DNA of 63,821 bases, filler included, from Blastocystis sp. subtype 4 (Eukaryota), in the NCBI RefSeq assembly GCF_000743755.1. It is 3 parts of 3 records of this genome, joined end to end, with 100 filler letters (N's around TTAATTAATTAA, not from the genome) between each part and the next. Parts side by side here need not be neighbours in the genome. Positions count along the whole stretch, not along the records: positions 1 to 30,073 come from NW_014569384.1; 2 more parts are not named here. The stretch is one strand, 5' to 3'. The first letter of the stretch is position 1. Every line of letters begins with the position of its first letter. The position numbers were made by a program, and so were the translations under genes. The notes below the pieces were generated by a model, which saw only the letters and a list, made by a program, of their open reading frames with translations, was not told the origin of the DNA and did no database searches. Below are positions 1 through 13,387 of the stretch, piece by piece.

Positions 1-277
1 CATTCAATACACTCTCTTTCAAGTACTCTTTCCACTTCATTCTCCATTCTACTCCATTCATCTTCTTTGATATTGATTCAACATTATCTACAATCATATC
101 TTCACTTACTGATGTTGTACAATAAGTGTAATGATTGTAGAATTGTATTTGATATTGAATTCTTCATTGATGATTTCATTGTAACTGATTCATTTGAATC
201 TGAATCATTTGAGTTGTGTTGTTTGTATGATTCATTCTTTGATTTTTCTTCTTTTAATACTCATTTTCATCTGTTCT
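1..277. repeat. Left arm of a long inverted repeat (may extend beyond window start)
   Basis: Reverse complement of 1-277 matches 4521-4797; 1-60 versus 4738-4797 shows only 2 mismatches, with small indels further in. Confidence 0.93.
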
Positions 278-365
278 ATTTCGTGCTAATATCACATCAC
301 CACTGTACAATTGTGGAAAAGACAATGATACAGAAATAATTAACTGAGTGTGATTATGGGAATCA

Positions 366-3300
366 ATGAAGTTTGTCGATGTTCGATTCCCTAACTATTG
401 CGACAATGGCGTCATTCTCCGACTATACTGAACGTTCACTATTCTGGTCTGTACTTGAATCTGGTATTGAAATGATTCTTAAGATGTCTAGATTCCTTTT
501 CCTTTCTTTTCTTTGTTGTTTCTTCTTTCTTCGTATTATTTCTAGGGGTTTTAGCAATTTCAACCGAACAGAACAATAATCAAGATGACAGTGATCTAGC
601 TATTCATACTATGAAGAAAATGGAGATAGATGAATTGCTTGTGGAAACTCGTTCTGTAAGTCTATCTCCTCAATTAGATACGAAGTCATTAGTTCTTTCA
701 ACTCCTGAGACTCCAGCTACTTCTACTCCCACTGAACCTTGGTTCCCCATCTATGATCCTTTCATTCTTGGAGATAACAGCAATTATGAAGTTCAATCCA
801 CTTGTTTTGAACAGATCATTTCCGATCTTCAGGTCTTGAGGTTCTATCTGGCTGTGAGAGATGCTTTCCCTACTAAGGCTCTCAAGCACACTCGAGTTCT
901 TGCTCTTTCTGGAATGACTATACCTGCTGTTCAGTTATTCCGTGCATCTCTTGCTGCTCAGACTGAGAGAAATCCATCTCCTATTGATATGTACTTCTAT
1001 TCTGACTACAAGATTGTGAGATATGTTGATGCTACTCTTGCTATTCCTCTCATTTCTCTTTCTGAATTCACTCGTCCTTCTCGAATTGTATTTGGAGATG
1101 GTTCTCATTGATTCAATGGATGATTGATAATCGTGATAAGGGATACTTCAAGAATCTTGAGTATCTCCAAGTGACTGGTCACAAGACGGCTGCTCATGAT
1201 GTTTCAACAAATGTTGAATCTATGATAACTACTATTGTTTCAAATCTTCATACAATGTGTACTGATAAGATGAATTTCCCTAAATTGATTCAGATGAACT
1301 TCAACAGTAATGCTTACAATGAATACAATGATGGATTCGATGCTGCTTTGAGAGGTGCCTGTAATCGAGATGAGACTGGAGTGAGTATTCGTGCTATGCA
1401 AGTGACTGTTATATATCCTTCATTATGTTCTACTATAAATACTGATAATCTAGAATACTATGATATGAGTAATAATCAGGAAGTGAATCAATGTCGTTTC
1501 ACTTGGAACTGGGAGATGGGTGATACATTTAATACTTATGGTGATGGTCCTTATCCTAACGACGAGACTGAACTTTGTGATGGTACTACTACCGGTTACC
1601 CTCCAAGTAATGTTCACTACTCCACAAATACTTATCTGTTTCTTGTTGGTGTATCCTGTTCGACTGGGCTTCCTTCTTATCAAAATCGTGTTCTGTATTG
1701 GAGTATTGAGCCAGCGGTTCTACCTGAAGGACTTGTATTCAATGGAATCACTGGATTGATCTTGGGAACTCCTGTTACGATAGCTTCACCTTCATATTAT
1801 ACTATCCAAGCTTCTAATTCTTTTGGATCTGACTCTGTGACCATATCGATTGAGGTGATTCACCCACTCATCTCTTATAATCAAACCACTTTCATTCTCA
1901 GTACTGGTGTGTTTTTCTCTCTTACTCCTACACTCAGTGAATTTGTTGATGTGTCTATTGTATCGGGATCTCTTCCTTCTGGTCTATCTATCCATGCTTC
2001 TACTGGAGTCATATCTGGAATTCCTACTCAAACTGTCACATCTCAAACTATCAATATACGTGCTCAGAATATATCTGTGTCTCAGACTGTTTCTCTCACC
2101 TTTACTGTTCTCAATCCAATTACATCATTCTCATATTCACAATCTGAATATATCATTGCTCAAGGACAAGTGTTCTCAGTAACTCCTCTAATCAATGGAG
2201 AAGGAGCAATGTTCTCTGTTGTATCAGGATCTCTTCCTTCTGGTCTTGTTCTCAATTCATCCACTGGAACTATCTCTGGAACTCCTTCTCAGTTAGAGAC
2301 ATCTCGATCTGTCACAATCAAAGCTGAGAATGAAGTGAGTAATCAATCATTCACTCTTGTATTCACTGTTATCACTCCTATCTCATCATTCTCTTATCCT
2401 CTATTCCTCGTAATGAAGCCTTCACTTGTACTCCATCAACTACTGGATCCAATCCTTCATATTCTATCATTTCTGGTTCTCTTCCTATGGGTCTTGTACT
2501 AAACAGTTCTACTGGAGTAATTTCTGGAATTCCCATTCAATCGGTATTCTTTCAGGCTGTTACAATACAAGCCCAGAATGCGGCAAGTAGTAATTCCTTT
2601 GTTCTTTCGTTTTCCGTTTTGTTAGCTGTGACTCTCGCTTATCCACAGTCATCATATTCCCTCCTTCGCAATTATGACGTCTCAATAAGTCCTTTCTTTA
2701 CTGGAGACAGTCCATCATTCTCTATTCAGTCTGGTTCACTTCCGTATGGTATTATTCTGAATAGTTCTACTGGTGTTATCTCTGGAACTCCTACTCAAGT
2801 TCAGTCATCTCGATCTGTCATTATCAAGATCCAGAATTCCATTAGTAGTGAGTTATTCACTCTCTCTTTCACTGTTCTTGCATCTATCTCATTATTCTCC
2901 TATCCTCAATCATATTATGTCTTCCGTCTTGGTCAGTCAGTTTCAATCGTACCTAATATTGATAGTAGTAGTGTTGTGTTTACTATTGTATCGGGATCTC
3001 TTCCTTCTGGTCTATCTATCCATACTTCTACTGGAGTCATATCTGGAATTCCTACTCAAACTGTCACATCTCAAACTATCACTGTTCAAGCAGAGAATAG
3101 CGTAAACAATAAAACATTCTCCCTTACATTCACCATTCGCAATCCAATTACATCATTCTCATATTCACAATCTGAATATATCATTGCTCAAGGACAAGTG
3201 TTCTCAGTAACTCCTCTAATCAATGGAGAAGGAGCTATATTCTCTATTGAATCAGGATCTCTTCCTTCTGGTCTTGTTCTCAATTCATCCACTGGAACTA

Positions 3301-4461
3301 TCTCTGGAACTCCTTCTCAATTAATAACCTCTCGATCTGTCACAATCAAAGCTGAGAATGAAGTGAGTAATCAATCATTCACTCTTGTATTCACTGTTAT
3401 CACTCCTATCTCATCATTCTCTTATCCTATTCACTATTCCTCGTAATGAAGCCTTCACTTGTACTCCCTTAATCACAGGATACAATCCTTCATATTCTAT
3501 CATTTCTGGTTCTCTTCCTATGGGTCTTGTACTAAACAGTTCTACTGGAGTAATTTCTGGAACTCCCATTCAATCGATGAGGGTAAACTCTGTGAATATT
3601 ACTGCAAAGAATGCAGTGAGTGAATATTCATTCACTATATCATTCACAGTTCTGTTGAGTCCATCATCACTCCTATATCCTCAATCACTCTATTATCTCC
3701 CTATAAATACTTCATTCATTACAATTCCCATGTGTGATGGAGACAATCTCTTGTTCCAGATTCAATCAGGATCTCTTCCTTCAGGTCTCTCTCTCGATAA
3801 TTCAACTGGAACAATTTCAGGCATTCCAGTTGTTCCTACAACACTTCTAATGATAATGGTGGTAGCTCATAATGAAGTGGGATTGGTCCGATCTTCTCTC
3901 TCCATTCTGGTTCAAACTCCACTCTCTAATCTTCACTATCCTAATCCTTCTTTCTCGATCGTGAAGGGACGAGCATTTTCAACCATTCCAGTCCTATTGG
4001 GTGATGCTCCAGTCTTCAACGTCAGTGTTGGCACTCTTCCTGAGGGTTTATTACTGAATTCGGTGTCAGGGGAGATTTCTGGTATTCCTCTTCAAACTTG
4101 TACATTATCACTCATTATTCAGGCCAGAAATGAAGTGAGTTTTATTGAAACAGGATTATCCTTTGCAGTGAATGTTCTCGCTACAAGTACTCTTATTCTC
4201 ATCTGTATTGGTGTTATTGTTGTGATTCTACTCATTGTGCTATTGATAACTATATCAAAGAGGAAAAGGAAAACTCTTCCTGTGAAGTCTTTGAGTGATG
4301 TGAAACCCTTAGAGAAGCGGATAGTTTATAGTGATGTGATGCCTTCATCTTCTGTTCAACCGACAGTAGTAACGGTTGTTGGAAACGAGTCGCTTACTAA
4401 TAACAATTCTTCAGAACCAGCTCCTATTATCATTAGTCTTCAACCTGAGTCTTCTAATTAG
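366..4461 (+). pseudogene. Surface protein with 10 putative Ig (He_PIG/cadherin-like) repeats and C-terminal TM helix; frameshifted
   Basis: Ten LPxGLxxxxxTGxIxGxP units across ORFs 1108-2502, 2487-3446, 3385-4461; TM segment LILICIGVIVVILLIVLLI then KRKRK; frame breaks at ~1110, 2400 and 3428 without GT..AG introns; TGTTTGTT 12 nt after the TAG. 5' start approximate; breaks could be assembly errors. Confidence 0.7.
1955..3576 (+). repeat. Internal direct duplication of three Ig units (1955-2543 and 2983-3576)
   Basis: Long near-identical nucleotide blocks at offset 1028, shifting to 1033 after the differing deletions. Confidence 0.9.
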
Positions 4462-4520
4462 TTCATAGTCTTATGTTTGTTGATAGGCCTATTGTTAATC
4501 ATATTAACTTAGTCTGAAAG

Positions 4521-4797
4521 AGAACAGATGAAAATGAGTATTAAAAGAAGAGAAATCAATGAATCATACAAACAACACAACTCAAATGATTCAGATTCAA
4601 ATGAATCAGTCACAAAGAAATCATCAATGAAGAATTCAATATCAAATACAATTCTTACAAACAATCATTATATTTATTGTCAACATCAATAAGTGAAGAT
4701 ATGATTGTAGATAATGTTGAATCAATATCAGATAAGATGAATGGAGTAGAGTGAAGAATGAAGTGGAAAGAGTACTTGAAAGAGAGTGTATTGAATG
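4521..4797. repeat. Right arm of the long inverted repeat
   Basis: AGAACAGATGAAAATGAG...GTATTGAATG is the reverse complement of 1-277. Confidence 0.93.
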
Positions 4798-4989
4798 ATA
4801 ATAAGAATTGTATGTTGAGTTTGAATTGATATCAATGAGAGATTCTGTTTCGGGAAGAAGCCCATCAATTGGTATGAATCATTTGAATTGAGGATCTCCT
4901 TTCTCTTATATTCATTCAAATGGAAGTTTAGAAGTTCTTCGAAGTCCCGCGATTCCCTGTGATTTCAGTAGAAATGAAGTGCAGTTATA

Positions 4990-7286
4990 ATGGATCAGCA
5001 CATGGCTGAAGGTAATCAATAGCATCCATCATGATCGAGTAGTGGAATTACCCAAGAGAAGAACCCAGTGGTATAATCTTTCTGGATATGTTACAAAAGG
5101 AGAAGCAATTCGAAAACGAATAGATGGAAAGGATTATGAAATTGTGCGATTTCAAGGAGAACACGAAAATGAGTTTTGTGTGTATGAGTTGAAGAATGAA
5201 GTATATGACGGTCGAGCCCAACTCTTTGATGATGGAGTGTTGAAAATGGCGTGGATAATGAAGGATGGTAAACGAGAGGGACATATTTATCTGTATGACA
5301 AAGGACGATTATGTAAAGAAAGTCGATGGAATTATCTAGAATCAGAAGATGAAGAAAAGTGGATTGTTAACAATAAGGATAAACAAGTGATGGTGATATC
5401 TGATTGTAAATCGAATAGACCATTGTATGTTGGAGGATTTAATGATCAAATGGAACGAGAGGGATATGGTATGGAGTATTCTGATGGATCGATGAAATGG
5501 AGTGGATATTGGAAGAAGGATGAGTTGATTCATATACATCAACGAGTTCTGAGTGAGGATGAAATGATTGAGTATGGAGGAGAGAAGACTGACAACAATT
5601 GGAATGTGTTGGATCGTAGACCAGTTTACAGAGGTGGTTTTGTGTATGATAGAGAGAAGAATCGACTATTAAGACATGGCTTTGGTTGTATCTTAAATGA
5701 ATGGAATGGAGTCTGTATTAAGGAGGGTGAATGGAATATGGGAGTACAGGTGGAAACAAACCAAGTTGAATTAAAGAATGGTAGATATAATGAAGGAGAA
5801 ACAGATGAATCATTGAGAATGGTATCATCTGGTTTTGTTTCTCTTCCAAAGGGAGAGAATAGTAACATTGCTTTACATTTTCCAGATGGAGTATGGAACA
5901 TTGAACCCAATTCTTATATTGAGAAGGATATCAACGAATGGAAGATATTCTCTCTTCCAAATTTGAGACAACTAGTTATTGGTGATGGTTGTTTCAGATT
6001 TGTTACACAATTCGTTCTGAGTGAACTGAACGAGCTTGAAACAGTTACCATTAAGAAGAAGTGCTTTTGTACTAGAGCAAAACTCACATATTGTATTCAG
6101 TATTCTATCTTTTCGATTTCTAACTGCCAGAGATTCAGGGAATTAAGATTGGAAAATGATGTGTTCTATAGTTGTGAGACATTTGAATTGTGTAATCTGC
6201 CATCCTTACTAACGGTGAGTATTGGAAATCGAAGTTTCCAGTATGCATGTTATTGCAAGTTAAATGGTATTCCCTCCTTAAAGAAATTGGACATTGGTAA
6301 TAACTGCTTCAAGGATAATTACTTTTTTGAACTAGATGGATACAATGAATTAGAATCTGTGAGAATAGGGAATAAGAGTTTTACTATAGCGCCTGATAGA
6401 TGGCTTTATTACTTCCAATGTGGAAAGTATCCAGATGCGAGAGGTGGATTCAAACTCACTAACTGCTCCTCTCTAAAGGATCTACACATAGGAGATGATA
6501 CGTTTTCATGGTATCGTCATATATCTTGGAGTAATCTTCCTTCACTTGAATCCATTAGTATTGGCAATAATTGCTTCAGGTATGTAACTGAGTTTCACTT
6601 GGTTGGATTGGATGAATTGGATACTCTACAAATTGGAAATAACTGTTTCATTCCTGTCACTAATCCATTCGACTTGACCGCTAGTGAATTTAGAGTATCG
6701 GATTGTCCTCAATTATGCAGAATTGAAGTGGGACAGTACTCTTTTTATCATTTCAAATCGTTTGTATTAAAGAATAACCCATCACTGAGCAATATTCAAC
6801 TGGATGACAATGTTAGCAAGGGTTGTGAGACTATAATCTTCGAGGGTACGGATGATGAGTGATTCATAACCAGATCTTCCACAACTGTATTCAATAACAC
6901 TGGGTGAGAAAGCTCTTTACGGAAGTTGGGAATATACAAAAGGGGGATTCAAACAGTACCATGCTGCACTGACAATGGAGAGTACGAATACTGCATGATT
7001 GATCACTCAGATCTTCCCTCTTTAACTCGGTTCATTGGAAAGGGTTCCAACTTTATACAAGTTGGTTCTGTTACACTTGCAAGTACTTCTAGGAATGGTC
7101 TTTGATTTAGATGTTTGCGAGAAAAGACCTTGCAAAATCTCTTTTCCCAGTTCTAATAGCGAAAATGAGAAAGCATTCTGTAATGTCTACTTGCTAAATG
7201 TATCATCAGTTGGTGTGTTACCATATCCAGTCTCTCGTACCCTTGATTATTACATCCGAGAGGCTAGTAATCATTTGAACAACTAA
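4990..7286 (+). CDS. MORN-like repeat plus BspA-like leucine-rich repeat protein
   Basis: YxGGFNxxxxREGYG-type motifs then LPSLxxLxIGxxCF repeats; introns 5012-5042, 6846-6873, ~6982-7010, ~7083-7110. Confidence 0.75.
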
Positions 7287-7548
7287 AGTCATGATGTTTT
7301 TTGAAACAATAGAGTTTTTAATCGATGATTCGATTGATCATTCCTCATTATTACAGTTTGTCAATGGGCTATTATCCGAATAATGATATCTGTTTCATAA
7401 GACTTGACACTCTCTTACATGTATCCATTTAGTTACCAGTTTCTTGATTTGACTTTCCCGAAATAGGACAGTTTTTGAGGATTCATAACGGTTGTTTTTG
7501 GCACTTTTTCTGGCAAGAAAACACACTCTGTATCTTTGTTAATAGAAG

Positions 7549-10353
7549 ATGGAGAAGTCTGACATTTTGTGGCAGGGGTAGATACAATTGTAGAATGCAG
7601 AATTAATCTCTAGATGGTTGTTATCTACAGGGAAATCGCAAACAGATTGGAAGAAGGTATAATGGTTCTCCATCAATATCATTTGAAGAGATATTTTCAG
7701 TTTTCTTCGAAACAGTTGTCTTATCACGATGATCCCAATTCTCCTCCTAAAGGTATTTTTGAGTATTCGAATAATGCTTGTAATAGTAGTGCGTGATGAT
7801 ATCATATTCAGATATTTGTTGGCTTAAAGAAGGTGTCAACTATTGTAAACAACAGTATCTCTTTTCAAGGTATTGAATTTAAATGATAATTGGGATCATT
7901 TGTAGAGGTCAAGGATCAGGTCCTGTATTGTCGTCTGGAGATATGACAAATATGTTTATCTTATTTACAAACACTACAATCCTTCAAATTGGTTGTGCTG
8001 ATACTCAAACTACCACTTTACGCGAAGTTCTTCGCTACAAGTTTCGGGCTTGTTCTGGTAGTGAAAACTATTATTTTATCATCATAGTAATTGCAGCAAC
8101 CGATATTTTCCGCAAGAAGAACAAGTTCCAGTGGACAAAGAATTTCATGGCAGTGTTGACATCTCGCGATATTCTCCTTTTCGAAAATGATAAGTACATC
8201 ATATGAAGTTCTTGAACTCTAGATTGGAGGTGATTGTGTCAAGAATTACTCCTGTCGATCTCAATGATTCAGTTCAACAGTCCACAGGAACAGAATCGAA
8301 TTATAAGTGTCTCCTTGAACTGAAAGTCGGAGACAAGCCTCTTCTTCTCAGTACAGGATCGTCTCCAGAGAGTCAACAGTATTGTGGCGAGCTGTATCAT
8401 GTTCTCTTCTTCGTATTGAAAGGGTTTCATCCTCTTCTTCCTCCACCTCCATCCATTGCCTGGTCACTTCCTTTACTGACTGCTTACAACAGTGGTTTGT
8501 TTATGAAAGGAATTTTTGAGCGGGAAGCTGTGTATCAGGGTGTTCAAGAAGAGATTCGTCCTTGGGTTTGGAAGAATTTATGTGAAGCCTTGTTGAAAGG
8601 GAGCGTAGTACTTTCCAAAGATGATATCCAGACTCTTGTAAGTACTATTTCATCAATTCCAGATTCAATAGAGGAGGATATCCAGAAGATCTGTTCAGAA
8701 GAATCGATTCGAGAAGGAGTTCGCTTATTGTCACGATATGTGATAGCTACCCAAATATCCTTAGTAATGCATTCAGACTCTCCTTAACTATTACCCATCA
8801 TTAAAGAACCTTAAGCCATTATGTGTACTGGCTGGATATCTTCTCCAAACATTACCTGAAGATGTGGCTATTATTGTGTTCCAAGCATTTTCTCAGAAAA
8901 TTCTACCAATTTGGTTAAGTGATAATATCTTTCAACAAGTAAGCATAAGAGTTCTAATATGATTTAGATTGAAACAAATGTCTTTTTGAATGTGTTTGGT
9001 CAATTGCTTCCAGATGTGATGCATTGGAGTCAGTCTCATCAGATTGATTGGAGTCGTGTATTGAGACGATGGATAACTGCTATGGCAACAATGATGTCGA
9101 AACAGGTAATGAATAAGAGAGGAATCAGATCTAGTGTATCAATCGATTGTGGAGTATTCTCTTCTTTGAGGGTTATGGTTCCTTATTTCCATTGATTTTA
9201 TCCATTATATCAAGCAATAAACACTTATTGTTGTCATTACCATCTTCAACAGATTGTCAAAAGTAGTCCTGTTTTTTATCCATCAGTATCAGATATCTCG
9301 AGATGGATTTCTTACCAGCAGTCAAGAATATGAGTGATATTACAAAGAATTTCCGTGTATTGATCGCTCCAAATCAGCCATCATCTCGCTTTTTCGACAT
9401 TTCTCATATTCGTAGCTTGCGAGTTCAGTTCCTGTTGGTCTGATGATTGAAACTAACACTGTAGAGATGTGTATGTGAAAGAACTTCAAACAGTGAACAT
9501 ATCTACAAAGCATAAAGTTGAGTTGATTGAATCCCAAATCAATGATTGTGAGAAGTATCGTAATGCATTGGATACTTATCTTTGTGACATTCATTCACAG
9601 ATTGAATCCATTCGAGGTAAAAATCTAATGCACTTATGAGAAATAGAATCAGCAAAGAATGATCATGACATTCGTATTCAGTTACTTCGATTACAACGCA
9701 TTGAAGAGATGTTTACTGAGTGTCGACCTCATTTCATTGCTCTTAAGCAGTATCTCCAGCGTTATGTATCACCTCTTCATCAGTGTTCTTTTGTTCTCCT
9801 TGATGCTTTGGACTCGTTAGCTACAATTAGCAATACTTCATCATGTATTCCTGAAGGGAACCAGATTGATGCGCTACGACAAAATCTTACTGAATTAACC
9901 GTGAATATTCGTTTTGTAGGTCTTCGTGCAGATATCGTGACTATTTTGATGGCTTCTCAAGTATGTGTATGGGAAGTGATTAGTATAGCATGGCAAGTAT
10001 TAGAAATGCATCTGAGGTAAAGGAATCGGAAGGATATAACATCTAGAAAGGTTCATAATGAAATGAGTTGGATGAATTCAGTGGAAATGACAGAGATGAT
10101 GAAAACAAAGCAAGATTACATGTCATTTATGTATGATAGTGCTTTGAGAATTGCTCAAGTGTGTGGTTCATCGATTCTTCATTTTATCAATTCGATTCAT
10201 AATGATTTATTTGCTACATTTGTGACAGATATTATTCCTGAAATGAAAGAAGTATATGAGGGATTACAACAGAAATGGTCGTCTGTTTCTGAGGAAGAAG
10301 ATTTGAAACAGGAGTTTGATCGATTGGTAAAGCAGACTGGGTTTACGATGTAA
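7549..10353 (+). CDS. Multi-exon PH-domain protein with helical C-terminal region, function unknown
   Basis: Spliced N-terminus LWQGWL..WKKRYFQFSSKQLSYHDD..PKG is PH-like; second PH-like segment FQWTKNFMAVLTSRDILLFE; many ~30-nt introns. Confidence 0.6.
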
Positions 10354-10404
10354 TTGCTATCGCTACATGTTTGATCAAACAACAGAATAAACTAAAGAGA
10401 GACC

Positions 10405-11112
10405 TTACATTTTAACAACCTTCTTTGTCTTGGGATTCCGTTTGACGGGCTTTTCCATCTTCTCTTTCTTATCCTTCTTCATTTCCTTGTCCTTCTTTTC
10501 TTTCTTGTCCTCCTTCTTTTCTGACTTTGCTTCCTTCTTCGTCTCCTTTTCTACCTTCTTCTCCACTTTCTCCTTCTTCTTTCCTTCCTTTTCTAAAGCA
10601 GCCAATGCCTCCTTATAACTCTTATTTGTCTCTTCCAATACCGAAGAATCCTTTCCAGATGCCTTCATTTCATCAATCTGCATCTGAATCTTCTCCAACT
10701 TCTTCTGAAGTGTTGTCTTTACTTCGTCAGGTGATTTACGAGCATTCATAGTATTGGCTGCTTTCTCTGCAGTGTTCACAACATGGAACTTCCGGTTCGC
10801 TCCTTTCCAGATATGCTCATCAACAGCTTCTGCCTTCATCACCTCACAAATAAGACGACGACCAAATAAAATGTAATTGTTCATAGTACTTGCAACAATC
10901 TCTGCCACATCAGGAGTTTCGAACTCAATGAAAGCATAATGTTTGGAAGCACCACTCTTTTTATTTCTGGATAATCTTAAATGCTTAATAGGACCAAACT
11001 GGGTAAAAAACTGACGCATCTGAGGCTCTTCAAAGGCTGCAGGAATATGACCAAGATAGACAATAGACGTCTTCTTCCCAGGTTTTACAGGTGCTGATGG
11101 AGCTTTTGGCAT
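10405..11112 (-). CDS. NIFK: Nucleolar RRM protein, NIFK/Nop15 family
   Basis: IVYLGHIP..FEEPQMRQFFTQFG..LRLSRNKKSGASKHYAFIEF..MNNYILFGR; Lys/Glu-rich tail. Confidence 0.88.
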   Translation of the reverse strand: MPKAPSAPVKPGKKTSIVYLGHIPAAFEEPQMRQFFTQFGPIKHLRLSRNKKSGASKHYAFIEFETPDVAEIVASTMNNYILFGRRLICEVMKAEAVDEHIWKGANRKFHVVNTAEKAANTMNARKSPDEVKTTLQKKLEKIQMQIDEMKASGKDSSVLEETNKSYKEALAALEKEGKKKEKVEKKVEKETKKEAKSEKKEDKKEKKDKEMKKDKKEKMEKPVKRNPKTKKVVKM

Positions 11113-11284
11113 ACTTGATCGTAAGGAATGTACTGTAGTCTTGAGAATCGGTGTTTGATCAAATATACGAACATCTTTTGGAATACCATACTTCAGGTTT
11201 CTAGATTCCCACGGGGATACGGGAGTTGTCTTTTTAGTTCATGAGTTCTGTATCTGTGGTTATCACTGTCTTCTCAAGTGTAGA

Positions 11285-13257
11285 ATGTCAGAATCTTATG
11301 TAGAAGGGATATCCCAAAGTGATATACTTCGAGAGAATGCCGGAGCTCTTCTTGACACACCGACAGTCCAAGCAGGAACTATTGAATCAAATGGAGATAA
11401 GGGCAGTTATAAGGCAAGATTATCACCTCTGGATCTTAATATGAATTTGCATTTGTCTTATTTGGAGGGAGCAGGACCTGCAGAGGATGTACTTGGTCCG
11501 AATGATCCTTACATCGATGATGATCTACTTCAAGATGATGTTTCAGCAAGTTATCCCTTTCAGTTTCAGCAACCTCAAGGTGCTGAGAATATTCGATCTA
11601 TGTATAACAAAGGAGCATTTGGAACATTCAGGAGGGCAAATCCCGATGGAGGACCTTACTTGGAAGGTGGATCGTTTTCTAACTTTTCAAATAGTGGTTC
11701 TTTTGACTATCCTTCAAGTTACCCTGAGAGTCATTCTGTTCCCCGTTCTATGGGAAGTCCTCACCCTATTGGTGGTATTCTTCCCGATGAAGTGGAAGAT
11801 GATGGGTTGTTTATTGAATCAATGCCAGGTATTGCAAATGAGAATTTTGTGAACCGCATGTATGGTAAAACAGCTGTGGGAGACACTCTTTGTGATCCTC
11901 TTACTTCTTCTCGCAATCATTCTCCTCGTCCTTTCGATATCCAACCTCGTCGTCGTAGTTATGTCCATGAAGATCGTATCACACCAGAGATTCGTCGTAG
12001 TCTCCCTTCTCAATCTTACAATTCCCTGTCTGTGTTTCGTGATGGTGGTATTGGAATTGGAGGTAGGAACTATTCTCGTACTAATACTTCCAACCCTCTA
12101 GGTGAGGAGGATGGGTGGACTCGTTCCCACTCATTATCTCGAAACATGGATACACTGGGATACACTCGTCCTCAGTATTCCCGTGCTAGTTATTCAGGTC
12201 TTCGTTCTGGTTCGTTAACCCGATCTCCTCCAGGAATGGATGTGGCGCTTAATGATTACAACGACGGGTATAATATGAACTACTCAGGAAGATTGTCTCC
12301 TCATCGTGTTGCATCAATGGAACGTCTCTCTAATGATCTGATTAGCTCGCATGACTTGTATACAGGACGAGGAATGCCTCAGAACCATTCTTATGTTGAT
12401 TCTTTAGTAATGTTGGACGACTCTGAAATGCCTATGTCCCGTGCTAAGAGCATGATGTATTTAGGTGACGGGGACTTTGAATTTAATTCCTATCCCTCTC
12501 TTGCAGGGGATGAGTATCATTCTTCTCGTCCAGAGAGTAAGAACGAAGTGTCTGGCTCATTCCAAAATTCGATTCCTGAGACTATGAAACAAGTGAAGGA
12601 AGAATCTACTGTTGCTGGAGCTTCTGTTGAGAAGGAAGCTGATTGTCAACCATCTTCTCCAGTCCTTGAATGGCGTCAACATACTTTGCCATCTCGTGAT
12701 AGTGGTCATTTGGTGGAGCATAGCCACATATCTGAGACCAATCATACATCGGAACATAATCACACATCAGAGCATAATCATGCATCAATCTCGCCTCGTC
12801 CTTCTAACGAAGCGAATCGATCGGAACATCGTACATCAACTTCACCTCACCCTGATGAAGAGACAGAAAAGAGGACACATGGCAAGTATCGATTCCCTTG
12901 TCGTGACTTTGAAAAGGGTGTTTGTTCACGTGGAGCTGCTTGCAAATTTTATCATGATCCAGCAAAAGGTAGGAATGAACATGGAGTTTCATGATTAGCT
13001 GTTACCACTCCTGATGTCCTTTTCCTATATTGAAATGATGTATAGAAGATTCCTATTTGTCGTGATTTTACGAAAGGTAAGTGTACAAGAGATAATTGCC
13101 GTTTTCGTCATCCTGGAACGTATGGATCGTTATAATCAATTTAACAAATAGTCATAAGGATAATGTACTGATGGGTAATGAAGAACCATCCTCACCTGAA
13201 GAGTTGGACATGATAATGAAACAGTATAGTTCTACTATAAAACCGCGCACCCACTGA
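11285..13257 (+). CDS. Low-complexity protein with two C-terminal CCCH zinc fingers
   Basis: CRDFEKGVCSRGAACKFYH and, after two micro-introns, CRDFTKGKCTRDNCRFRH; stop TGA 13255-13257. Confidence 0.8.
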
Positions 13258-13387
13258 TCTTTGTCTTTTTCTTTGGACAATTAGTTTTTGCTCTTGCTCA
13301 TTGTTTGTTCATTATCCTTCTCATTGATTCCAATTTTATGAGATTCCAAGGTACTTCTTCTCCTTCACTTCGTGTTATATATAGACC

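Noticed and set aside
67..339. ORFs 67-339 (+) and 4728-4919 (-)
   Set aside because: They lie in the inverted-repeat arms, use different frames and look like low-complexity non-coding sequence
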